Shown here piece after piece: positions 46,561 to 54,656 of a stretch of DNA of 64,000 nt. A model generated the notes under the pieces. It did no database searches. It was not told the origin of the DNA and worked only from the letters and a program-made list of their open reading frames with translations. Both the position numbers and the translations under genes were made by a program. This stretch comes from Candidatus Bathyarchaeota archaeon (lineage in GTDB: Archaea > Thermoproteota > Bathyarchaeia > Bathyarchaeales > DTEX01), in the NCBI GenBank assembly GCA_018396655.1, contig JAGTQF010000003.1:18953-82952 (forward strand), in the 5' to 3' direction. The first letter of the stretch is position 1. Every line of letters starts with the position of its first letter.

Positions 46561-48300
46561 AACTGCTTCTGGACTGAACTTCTCTTGAGACCTTATTGAT
46601 GCTTCCTCAACATATAGTTGTATTGCATATTTTAGTGCGTCTTGACTTACCGGTATGAACTCTCTGCTTGAACTGAAGTATTCCATTAGCGATGCTGAGC
46701 ATGCAAAGCTTAGAACTTTGTCCTCAAGCCTAGCTGAGAATGTTAGGGTGTTGCTCTTAATCTCCTCAAGTATGGCTCTTCTAGCCCTCGCAATCCAATC
46801 GTATGTTTGCGGCGTTATCATGACTGGCTTGTGCGGAAATCTATCTGCGACAAGTGAGTGCCTAGTTTCAATCGCGTAGACTAATGTTAGGTGGTCTCTT
46901 ATGAGCTGAGCCTCCCTCTCAACATCGATTTTCCCTAGGGCAATCTTCATCTGGCTTTCAGCTATCTCGAGATAGCGCTCTTTAGTTAGGCGATGCAGCC
47001 TGCAGAGCATACGGTCCTCAATGGCTCTGAAGTTTGGGTCTTGGATGGTTACGGAATAGCCCCTCTCATATACTGATACGTTATAGTTTACTGTGAAGAA
47101 AGATGTGAACCTGTAGGGGCCTATAACCTCCCTATGCAACTCATATTTTATCTCGCCCTGCTCCATAGCTATTTTAAGCGGCTCAACCATACCCTTATAC
47201 CTAAAGAAGTCATTGAACTCTGGAACAATAAAGTTGAATGTTCTTCCAGCGTAGGCCTGCCCAATCCTTATAAAGCGTGCCGGCGTCATTCCTCCACAAT
47301 ATCGGTTTCTGCCCGGTATACCATGTGCTGGAATATTTGCGCTAGGTTTTCCTAGAATCATATCTCTGGTTGCGAAACTCTTTCCTGTTCCTGGGTCCCC
47401 AAATAGTGCTAGAGACCAGCCTGTTCTCTTCCCTGTTTTTCCCTGCTCATGCACCACTTCAACGTTTGCCAGCCCATACTGTTGGGTTATGCTGAGTAGG
47501 CTGTCGAAGTATAGGATGGAACCGAATAGCTCCTGAAGATATGCTGAGAGGGCGGATATACTGAATGTTTTACCGAACTCGATTGTTCTCTCAAGTCTAT
47601 TCTTGAGCAAATCGCTTACATAACTATTTAGCTCCCAATCCATCCTCTCTATTAATAGTCTCTCCTCGGAGAGGGGGTCGATGCGCTGCCTTTCCTCTAT
47701 AGATTTCGCGCTTATCTTCTTCTCTTTTCCTCTTTCTGTGGGCTTGCCTTTAACCTCAGCCTCAACTATTGGAAGCGCCTCCTTTGGTATGCTCCACTCA
47801 CAATACTCAATCCCAATGTAGGATGGAAATATTATGCCCAGCCTCTCCAGCTCGCCTATAACCTCCCTGGCTATAGCTGGGTTGGTGAACCTCTTTATGT
47901 CACTTGAATCTATAATCCCATTGCCCTCTACAATTGTCTTTAGAAGCAATATGCCCATTGAACCATACTTGACTCTTATTTTACGGACCCCATCGCTGAT
48001 AAGGTTCCATGAGCCCTCAAGGGATAGTTTCCCGCGGTCGAGCTGGTAGTGCTTCCCCCTAAATGTTGCCCATTCACGTGGTTTATAATCCTGGAAAATC
48101 TGTTTTAGTATATCATCTGTTATCTTTGAGGCTATCTCCATCGACGCTCCATCTTCATCCATCTCCCAGCAGCATAGAAACCTACTGAAGTAGGGTATCT
48201 TAAGCCACCTTCCAATCTCAAAAAGCTGAGTTATCGAGTAAGCCCTCTTGAGGAGCTCCTTCCTCTCACGAAGTTTCTCATCCGCCATCTCTAAGACCAA
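46528..48300 (-). CDS. Orphan MCM-type (helix-2-insert clade) AAA+ protein with a degenerate Walker B and an uncharacterised ~290-aa N-terminal region containing a wH-like segment
   Basis: Walker A LFGDPGTGKS (aa 299-308; MCM has GDPGxAKS). VPEFNDF lies where MCM has IDEFDKM. EPLKIAMEQGEIKYE corresponds to IHEAMEQQTISIA. FRAIEDRM lies where MCM has LLSRFDL. No OB/Zn-finger N-domain is recognised. Confidence 0.55.
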   Translation of the reverse strand: MVLEMADEKLRERKELLKRAYSITQLFEIGRWLKIPYFSRFLCCWEMDEDGASMEIASKITDDILKQIFQDYKPREWATFRGKHYQLDRGKLSLEGSWNLISDGVRKIRVKYGSMGILLLKTIVEGNGIIDSSDIKRFTNPAIAREVIGELERLGIIFPSYIGIEYCEWSIPKEALPIVEAEVKGKPTERGKEKKISAKSIEERQRIDPLSEERLLIERMDWELNSYVSDLLKNRLERTIEFGKTFSISALSAYLQELFGSILYFDSLLSITQQYGLANVEVVHEQGKTGKRTGWSLALFGDPGTGKSFATRDMILGKPSANIPAHGIPGRNRYCGGMTPARFIRIGQAYAGRTFNFIVPEFNDFFRYKGMVEPLKIAMEQGEIKYELHREVIGPYRFTSFFTVNYNVSVYERGYSVTIQDPNFRAIEDRMLCRLHRLTKERYLEIAESQMKIALGKIDVEREAQLIRDHLTLVYAIETRHSLVADRFPHKPVMITPQTYDWIARARRAILEEIKSNTLTFSARLEDKVLSFACSASLMEYFSSSREFIPVSQDALKYAIQLYVEEASIRSQEKFSPEAVLKKVFGEYIP

Positions 48301-48494
48301 TTGCCCTCTTTAACAATATATTCTTCGGAGATAATAAATCTTCGATTAGTCTGTAATGGTCATACTAATGCTACCACAGGATTTCAATGGTAATTTTTTA
48401 GGCAAAATCTCATCAATCGTCAGGCGGTTTTGATTCAATGCTTTAAATCTTAAATATTCAGTGGTGCAGAAAATTTATTGGGGGGAATCTTGAG

Positions 48495-50342
48495 TTGTTG
48501 GGCGGATATATGGGAAGAATTCTCAAAGTTGACCTAACTGCTGGGACCCTTAAGAGCGAATTGATTTCGGAGGATATTGCCAAAAAATATTTAGGCGGAA
48601 AAGGATACGCTGTTTACATACTCTACAATTATCTGAAGGAATACGAGTCTAAAGGTATATCACCATCAGATATAAACCCTCTGGGCCCAGAGAACGTATT
48701 AATATTTGCCACGGGCCCGGGAACCGGTGTGCCGGGCTTTCCATGCTCCGGAAGATATCATGTTATGGCCTTAAGGTCTCCTTTAACTGGCTCGATTGGA
48801 AGTGCTAATTCGGGCGGCGAATGGGGTCCCTTCCTAAAGTTCTCTGGATACGATATGATTGTTGTTGAGGGCGCATCTGAGGACCCAGTTTACCTCTCAA
48901 TCGTTAATGGTGTTGCTGAGTTAAGGAGCGCTGGTGACCTCTGGGGCAAGAATGTTTTCGATACATGTAGGATACTCTCAAGGAGGGTTGGTGGGAAAAA
49001 CACTAGTGTGGCATGCATTGGTCCAGCCGGCGAGAACCTCGTTCGCATGGCATGCATAGTTAATGATGAACATAGGGCTGCTGGGAGAACAGGCCTAGGC
49101 GCTGTTATGGGCTCAAAGAAGCTTAAGGCTATAGTTGTCTCAGGCGACGAGAAGGTTCCAGTGGCTAATCCAGATGAGTTTAGGGAAGTCTCAAGGAGAT
49201 GCCTAGAAACTATGAGGAAGAACCGCGTGACCGGTGAGGGGCTGCCGACATATGGCACATCAATCCTAATAAATGTTATCAATACTGCTGGCGGCTTACC
49301 ATACAAAAATTGGCAGACCGGCGTAAACCCATATGCTGATAAGATAAGCGGCGAAACATTAGCCGAGACATATTTAACTGGCAGAAGGGCCTGCTGGGGG
49401 TGCACAATAGGGTGCGGTAGAGTTACAAGCGTCCCATCAGGACCATTCCAGATAATTGGAACAGAGGGGCCGGAATACGAGTCAATATGGGCTTTAGGTG
49501 GCTCAACTGGGGTTAAAGACTTAGATGCCATAGTTAAAGCCAACCACTACTGTGATGAGTTTGGGATGGACCCGATAAGCCTGGGCTCAACAATAGCAGC
49601 TGCTATGGAACTATATGAGAGAGGTTATATCCCGAAAGAGGACCTTCAAGGCTTAGACTTGAGATTTGGGAACTCCGCCGCGCTCGTTGAGGCCGTTTGG
49701 CGAACAGCTTACAGAGTTGGTTTTGGCAAGTATTTGGCTTTAGGCTCAAAGAAGCTATGTGAAATCTACGGGCATCCGGAGCTCTCCATGAGCGTTAAGG
49801 GTCTTGAGATGCCAGCTTATGACCCAAGGGCCATGAAGGGTATTGGTTTGGAGTATGCTACGGCTAATAGGGGAGGATGCCACGTAACTGGCTATACGGT
49901 CTCCGCGGAGATTTTGGGGATACCGGAAAAGATAGACCCACTAACACCTGATGGTAAGGCTAAGTGGGCTAAGCTCTTCCAGGATTTCACGTGCGTCGTT
50001 AACTCGACGGTCAACTGCCTATTCTCAACGTTCGCTCTGGGCGTTAAGGATTATGCCGACCTACTTTCGGCCGTTACCGGCTGGAGCCTATCTGATGGTG
50101 AAATCCTAAGGATTGGGGAGAGAATATATAATCTTGAGAGGGTTATAATAAACAGGTTGGGCTTCGATGGAAAAGATGATACATTACCTAGGCGGCTGCT
50201 TGAAGAGCCCATGCCTGAAGGGCCGGCTAAAGGTCACGTTGTCGAACTAGACAAGATGAAAGAGGAGTACTATAAGCTTAGAGGCTGGGTTAATGGGGTA
50301 CCAACGGCTGACAAGCTGAAGGAGCTTGAAATTGAGCTTTAA
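48495..50342 (+). CDS. aor: Tungsten-containing aldehyde:ferredoxin oxidoreductase
   Basis: MGRILKVDLT..., the GGKG pattern, the [4Fe-4S] cysteines in ACWGCTIGCGR, and GLEYATANRGGCH. About 610 aa. The likely true start is the ATG at 48510. Confidence 0.9.
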   Translation: MLGGYMGRILKVDLTAGTLKSELISEDIAKKYLGGKGYAVYILYNYLKEYESKGISPSDINPLGPENVLIFATGPGTGVPGFPCSGRYHVMALRSPLTGSIGSANSGGEWGPFLKFSGYDMIVVEGASEDPVYLSIVNGVAELRSAGDLWGKNVFDTCRILSRRVGGKNTSVACIGPAGENLVRMACIVNDEHRAAGRTGLGAVMGSKKLKAIVVSGDEKVPVANPDEFREVSRRCLETMRKNRVTGEGLPTYGTSILINVINTAGGLPYKNWQTGVNPYADKISGETLAETYLTGRRACWGCTIGCGRVTSVPSGPFQIIGTEGPEYESIWALGGSTGVKDLDAIVKANHYCDEFGMDPISLGSTIAAAMELYERGYIPKEDLQGLDLRFGNSAALVEAVWRTAYRVGFGKYLALGSKKLCEIYGHPELSMSVKGLEMPAYDPRAMKGIGLEYATANRGGCHVTGYTVSAEILGIPEKIDPLTPDGKAKWAKLFQDFTCVVNSTVNCLFSTFALGVKDYADLLSAVTGWSLSDGEILRIGERIYNLERVIINRLGFDGKDDTLPRRLLEEPMPEGPAKGHVVELDKMKEEYYKLRGWVNGVPTADKLKELEIEL

Positions 50343-50424
50343 GAGCAATAGTTAATTAAACCTCATAAAATCCCACCATTTTATTTTTATTCCTCCACAC
50401 CCATCATATTTTTAGTGAGACGAT

Positions 50425-50739
50425 ATGTCAAATGTATCCGTTAAGGTTCTGCTCTTCGCAACATTTAGGAAGAAGTATGGAAGTAAAGAGCTGACAATCG
50501 AGTGTGATGGAACATTAAAGGGATTGATTGAGAGCGCATCAAGAATACTTGGCGGGGAATTCTATAGCGATGTCTATAATAGTGAGCGCGGCATGGTGAG
50601 AGACGACCTAATATTTACGGTTAATGGCAGAAATATTAAGGATTTGAAGGGCGACATCGAGTTGAAGGATGGGGATGTGGTGGCTATTTTCCCACCTTTA
50701 GCCGGAGGAATAAACTCTTCCAAGCTCATAGAGGTTTAG
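50425..50739 (+). CDS. MoaD/ThiS-family ubiquitin-fold protein with an internal Gly-Gly followed by a 9-residue tail
   Basis: VKVLLFATFRKKYG...GDVVAIFPPLAGG-INSSKLIEV. This is the archaeal MoaD-family pattern, but GG is not C-terminal. Confidence 0.7.
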   Translation: MSNVSVKVLLFATFRKKYGSKELTIECDGTLKGLIESASRILGGEFYSDVYNSERGMVRDDLIFTVNGRNIKDLKGDIELKDGDVVAIFPPLAGGINSSKLIEV

Positions 50740-50746
50740 GTGATAG

Positions 50747-52030
50747 ATGGATTATCCAGAAGCATTGCAGATTGAGGTAACGAACAGATGCAACTTTAGT
50801 TGCCAAATGTGTGTAAGGCGTGTTTGGGACGCTAAGCCAACAGACCTCAACATGGACTTGTATAAGCGTGTAGCTGAATCAGCATTCCCCCATCTAAAGA
50901 GGCTGGTTCTTTATGGACTTGGGGAGCCCCTCATTAATCCAAATATCATCGAGATGCTTAAAATAGCAAGGGAGAAAACCTCAAGAGACAGCGAGATTAA
51001 GATAAGCACGAACGGCTCCCTATTAAATCCAAGATTAGCCGAGAAAATATTGAGGTTAGGTGTAAACAACGTCTCGTTCTCCATAGACACAGCCGATATC
51101 GCTAAACTAAAATATATTAGAGAGGGCTCTGAGCCAACAATTCTCCTCAAGAATTTTCGCCATATAGCAAGGCTGAAGAGGCTGAGTGGAGGTTCCTTTA
51201 AGCTAGGCATTGAAGCTGTCGTAATGAAGAGTAATTTCATGGACCTTCCGGAGCTCATTAAAGAGGCTTCTAATGAGAATGCCGACTATATTCTAGTCTC
51301 CCATGTGATACCATACACAAGATGGACCTTTCAGAACGCAGTATATATAACATTGAGTAAGAAACCATTCGAAATAGTTAGGTCAACATTGGATTATGGA
51401 CGGAGAATCATACTGGAGGCCATATACGAGACATTCTGTAACGTTTATGGCATAAATACTGAGCTTAAAGCCTCAAAAATAATTGAGGGATTTTGGAGGG
51501 AGGCTGAGAAGAGTGGATATTGGATTAATCTCCCCCTTCTCTTTGAGTCTATGGAGAAAATTGCGATGATTAGAGACGTTGAGAGGGTTTTTGAGGAAAC
51601 TCAAAAAATGGCGCACGAGTATGGCATAGAATTGGCGCTTCCAAACTTATACCCAGATGCCAGAGACAGAAGATGCCCATACGTTGAGAAAGCAACAGCA
51701 GTTATTAGGTCAGACGGCTTAGTTACACCATGTCTTGAATTCGCCTACAAGCATACAGTTTACGTTAACGCGCACATAAAAACAGTGAACTCAATAATTC
51801 TGGGAGACCTAAGAAGCGAGAGTATTAATGAGGTGTGGAACCGGGAGAATTATGTGAGGTTTAGAGAGGTTAGATTGAGAATGCCTGAGAACATACCGTG
51901 GTGCGGAGACTGCCCATACTCAGCATCAAAATGCTTCTTCACCGAAAATAATAGCATGGACTGCTACACAAACGAACCGGGATGCAATGAATGCCTATAC
52001 AGCGTAAACCTAGCTCAATGCAACATATAA
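50747..52030 (+). CDS. Radical SAM/SPASM protein: tungsten-cofactor oxidoreductase maturase (Cmo-like), placed by context
   Basis: CNFSCQMCVRR (CxxxCxxC). C-terminal Cys-rich region: CPYVE...PCLEF...CGDCPYSASKC...CNEC. Sits immediately downstream of aor and the MoaD-like gene, as with the Pyrococcus aor-cmo arrangement. Confidence 0.65.
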   Translation: MDYPEALQIEVTNRCNFSCQMCVRRVWDAKPTDLNMDLYKRVAESAFPHLKRLVLYGLGEPLINPNIIEMLKIAREKTSRDSEIKISTNGSLLNPRLAEKILRLGVNNVSFSIDTADIAKLKYIREGSEPTILLKNFRHIARLKRLSGGSFKLGIEAVVMKSNFMDLPELIKEASNENADYILVSHVIPYTRWTFQNAVYITLSKKPFEIVRSTLDYGRRIILEAIYETFCNVYGINTELKASKIIEGFWREAEKSGYWINLPLLFESMEKIAMIRDVERVFEETQKMAHEYGIELALPNLYPDARDRRCPYVEKATAVIRSDGLVTPCLEFAYKHTVYVNAHIKTVNSIILGDLRSESINEVWNRENYVRFREVRLRMPENIPWCGDCPYSASKCFFTENNSMDCYTNEPGCNECLYSVNLAQCNI

Positions 52031-52090
52031 AAACAAGCACTCAACAAAAGTAACATTTTTAAACAACAAAACTTTCCTAAAATATCTAGT

Positions 52091-52168
52091 GGGGTCGTGG
52101 GCTAGCTTGGTCTAGGCTACGAGACTTGGGCTCTCGTGACCCAGGTTCAAATCCTGGCGACCCCACCA
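52091..52168 (+). tRNA. tRNA-Pro (anticodon TGG), intron-less, CCA encoded
   Basis: Acceptor GGGGTCG/CGACCCC, anticodon arm CGAGA-CTTGGGC-TCTCG, T arm CCAGG-TTCAAAT-CCTGG, then A-CCA. Confidence 0.9.
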
Positions 52169-52401
52169 GTCCCACAGGTTCGAATCCCCTCCCATATCCT
52201 CTCCTTTTAAATCTCCAGTTATAGATTCTTCAGGGAATAGTGTGAGGAATAAGGTCTACGATTATGAAGGAGGCTTAAGCAATGCGGTTAATCTTCTCGT
52301 ATCAGGTAGCGTTTTCTAAACTTGTTTGAGCCTCTTTTTCATGTATACAAGTAGGAAAACTTTATATAAGTCTACCATAAATGTCTACTTAGGTGCTTTG
52401 A

Positions 52402-52629
52402 GTGGGGTATGTTACAGTCTCTGCTAAGGTTCCAAAGAGGTTGAAGGAGCTTCTGGATAGGTATAATATAAAGCCTGGCTCCATTATTAGGAGAGCCCTT
52501 GAGGAGGAGGTTAAAAGGCGAATGCTTGAGGAGCTGGAGGAGTTATCTAGAGAATTATCTAGAGAGCTGTCCCATATACCTGACGAAGAAGTAGTTAGGA
52601 TGATACGGGAAGATAGGGAAGGTAGGTAG
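52402..52629 (+). CDS. vapB: VapB-like antitoxin (ribbon-helix-helix type)
   Basis: 75 aa. N-terminal beta-strand plus helices (VTVSAKVPKRLKELLDRYNIKPGSIIRRALEEE). Its stop abuts a PIN-domain frame. GTG start. Confidence 0.65.
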   Translation: MGYVTVSAKVPKRLKELLDRYNIKPGSIIRRALEEEVKRRMLEELEELSRELSRELSHIPDEEVVRMIREDREGR

Positions 52630-52631
52630 CT

Positions 52632-53027
52632 CTGTACCTCTACGACGCGAGCGCTATACTGAATCTCGCAAAGAGGGGAAATGTAAAGGTTTTCGCGAAG
52701 GGATGCACTATAGACCTCGCCATCTACGAATCTATTAATGCAGTTTGGAAGGAGTGCTACCTATTTAAGAGAATAAGGGTGGAGGTAGCCTATAGATTAA
52801 TCGAGCTGCTATCCAATATTTTTAATGTGCTAGACCTATATACGATGAGAGGCTCTGAAAAAGAGGTGCTGGAAATAGCTATAAAAGAGGGAATAACCAT
52901 TTACGATGCATCCTATATCTATATCGCAGTACGAAACAAATTAACCCTAGTAACCGACGACAAGAAGCTCATAAATACCGCCAAAAAGTACACCAACGCA
53001 GTAACAACCACAGAAATTACCACATAA
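52632..53027 (+). CDS. vapC: PIN-domain VapC-like toxin; start codon unresolved
   Basis: The frame is open from 52626 and encodes ALYLYDASAILNL (first PIN acidic residue), ...IYDASYIYIA... and ...LVTDDKKL. The first ATG/GTG/TTG in frame is only at 52779 (the listed 82-aa ORF), downstream of the catalytic Asp. 52632 is a CTG. Confidence 0.6.
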   Translation: MYLYDASAILNLAKRGNVKVFAKGCTIDLAIYESINAVWKECYLFKRIRVEVAYRLIELLSNIFNVLDLYTMRGSEKEVLEIAIKEGITIYDASYIYIAVRNKLTLVTDDKKLINTAKKYTNAVTTTEITT

Positions 53028-53102
53028 AATACTTCATTATTGAAGTAAGAGAAGTATACCATACTGGTATACAGCTTTACCAGACCAGCTTCCTCCTTTC
53101 TA

Positions 53103-53144
53103 GGAGAGGAGGGAGAGGCTATCCAGAAGATAGGAGGTATCAAC
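53103..53144 (+). repeat. Copy 3 of the three-copy intergenic motif
   Basis: ggagaggagggagaggCTATCcagaaGATAGgaggtatcaac lies between vapC and the AEP-like gene. It is preceded by two strong hairpins (53054-53072 and 53089-53115). Confidence 0.55.
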
Positions 53145-53181
53145 AGTCTATTTCTCCAGCATATTCGCGCATATTTCTTCG

Positions 53182-54654
53182 ATGATAAATTTATCCCTGA
53201 GGTTCACCTTTCCATATCTTTGGAGGCCGGTCAGGGCGGTGGAACCAGACCTCGCAGAAGAATATTATCAAAGTGAGGTTGTTAGGGGTGAGGTTGCAGA
53301 TTACTGTAGGGGTAGATGGGTGGCCATTGAGGGCGGGAGTCTCGGCAATAGGGTCTTTTTAAGGTATTGGAGGGATGGAAGGCCCTTAAGCATTAACAGC
53401 CCCCAGGACGTTTGGGAGATACTTAAGCATTTTAGGGGTATAAACCCAAGGGCAATCTATGGCTCAATTAACATTTACAAAAGCCTATCCGATAGGCTAA
53501 CCCTAGAAGAACCATCTAACATAGCCTATACATCGCCAATATGGGATATTGACGGCGAATTAAGTGAGTGGAGAGGCATAATTGAGGTTGCTAGGATAAT
53601 AGTTGATGAGCTTGAGCGCCTAGGCATAGTTAAATCGGTTTTTATTAAGTGGAGTGGTGAGGGAGCGCATGTTCATGTCCATGAAAAGTGCTTCTCAAAC
53701 CAAATCCTATTGGAATATAATCCGCTGGATATAGCATACTCCCTGGTAGATTTAGTCTTGGAGAGATGCAGAGAGAAAATATTGGATGTGGCGTCAAAGT
53801 TTAAAAGCATTAAGGTTGAGAACGAAATAGACATGAAGAGAGTTTTCACCGCACCACTCTCGCTCCATAGAAGGAGAAACCTATGCTGCATATGCTTTAA
53901 ACCCAGCGAGCTAGACAAATTCGAGATTGAATGGGCCAGTCCAAAAAACTTCAAGCACGATAGCGGATGGAAAAATTATGTTGAGGGTGAGGGAGACCAG
54001 GCGGCGATAGAAGCCATTAAAGCGATAGGCGGATATAGGGGGCGGCTCGGTATAGCTAACAACCACGTAAGAACAGTAGTATCTGCGGCAACAACACCTA
54101 AAATGGCAGAGGCAAGAGCGGAGATTGAGAATGTGCATGGAAAGATAGGACGCTTCCAAGTTATGGGACTGCTTCAGGCAGCAAGATACTATATTTTGAC
54201 TGGCGACCTAGAGAAGGCAAAATCCTTCGGCCTAAATAGGGCAATATTTTATGCATGGGCAAAGAGGCATGGGAAGGAAATAGCCATGAGAAGAAGCTTA
54301 AGGGAGAAGGGTGAGGTAGCCTCAAAAGTTCACTCAGGGAATGAGAAAGCCGTTCAGGTAGGTGATGAGGTAGCCTTCATTTCTAAGGATGGATGGTTTA
54401 TAATAGGCGGACAGATACAGAAGCCTCAAGATTATGATAGGCAGATAGCTAAACCAATAGAGGGCATAATAAGTTATGAGAGAGCATGGCAAGCTGCAAT
54501 AGAATACCTAAAGGGATTTGGCAGAGAAACGCTACTCGACCAGCAGAGTTTCTTCAAAGAGGTCTACGAGCCCGTAAGGGATAAATTTCTGGAAATAGTC
54601 CTAAACCCAAAGGGCTTAAGAAGAGACTTAACGAGATGGTTTAGCGTGCACTAA
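53182..54654 (+). CDS. Archaeo-eukaryotic primase (AEP) superfamily protein, PriS-like catalytic core with a ~230-aa uncharacterised C-terminal extension
   Basis: Motif I PIWDIDGE (D122, D124). Motif II KWSGEGAHVHV. Motif III IDMKRVFTAPLSLH. The N-terminal layout parallels PriS (..AIYGSINIY..). No Zn-knuckle is recognised. An alternative GTG start lies at 53239. Confidence 0.6.
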   Translation: MINLSLRFTFPYLWRPVRAVEPDLAEEYYQSEVVRGEVADYCRGRWVAIEGGSLGNRVFLRYWRDGRPLSINSPQDVWEILKHFRGINPRAIYGSINIYKSLSDRLTLEEPSNIAYTSPIWDIDGELSEWRGIIEVARIIVDELERLGIVKSVFIKWSGEGAHVHVHEKCFSNQILLEYNPLDIAYSLVDLVLERCREKILDVASKFKSIKVENEIDMKRVFTAPLSLHRRRNLCCICFKPSELDKFEIEWASPKNFKHDSGWKNYVEGEGDQAAIEAIKAIGGYRGRLGIANNHVRTVVSAATTPKMAEARAEIENVHGKIGRFQVMGLLQAARYYILTGDLEKAKSFGLNRAIFYAWAKRHGKEIAMRRSLREKGEVASKVHSGNEKAVQVGDEVAFISKDGWFIIGGQIQKPQDYDRQIAKPIEGIISYERAWQAAIEYLKGFGRETLLDQQSFFKEVYEPVRDKFLEIVLNPKGLRRDLTRWFSVH

Positions 54655-54656
54655 AT

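Noticed and set aside
48890-49543. 217-aa antisense ORF within aor, and similar long antisense ORFs at 61197-61745, 40299-40769, 38999-39442 and 9835-10323
   Set aside because: Each lies opposite a confidently identified gene and translates to Ser/Pro/Leu-rich low-complexity sequence typical of shadow frames.
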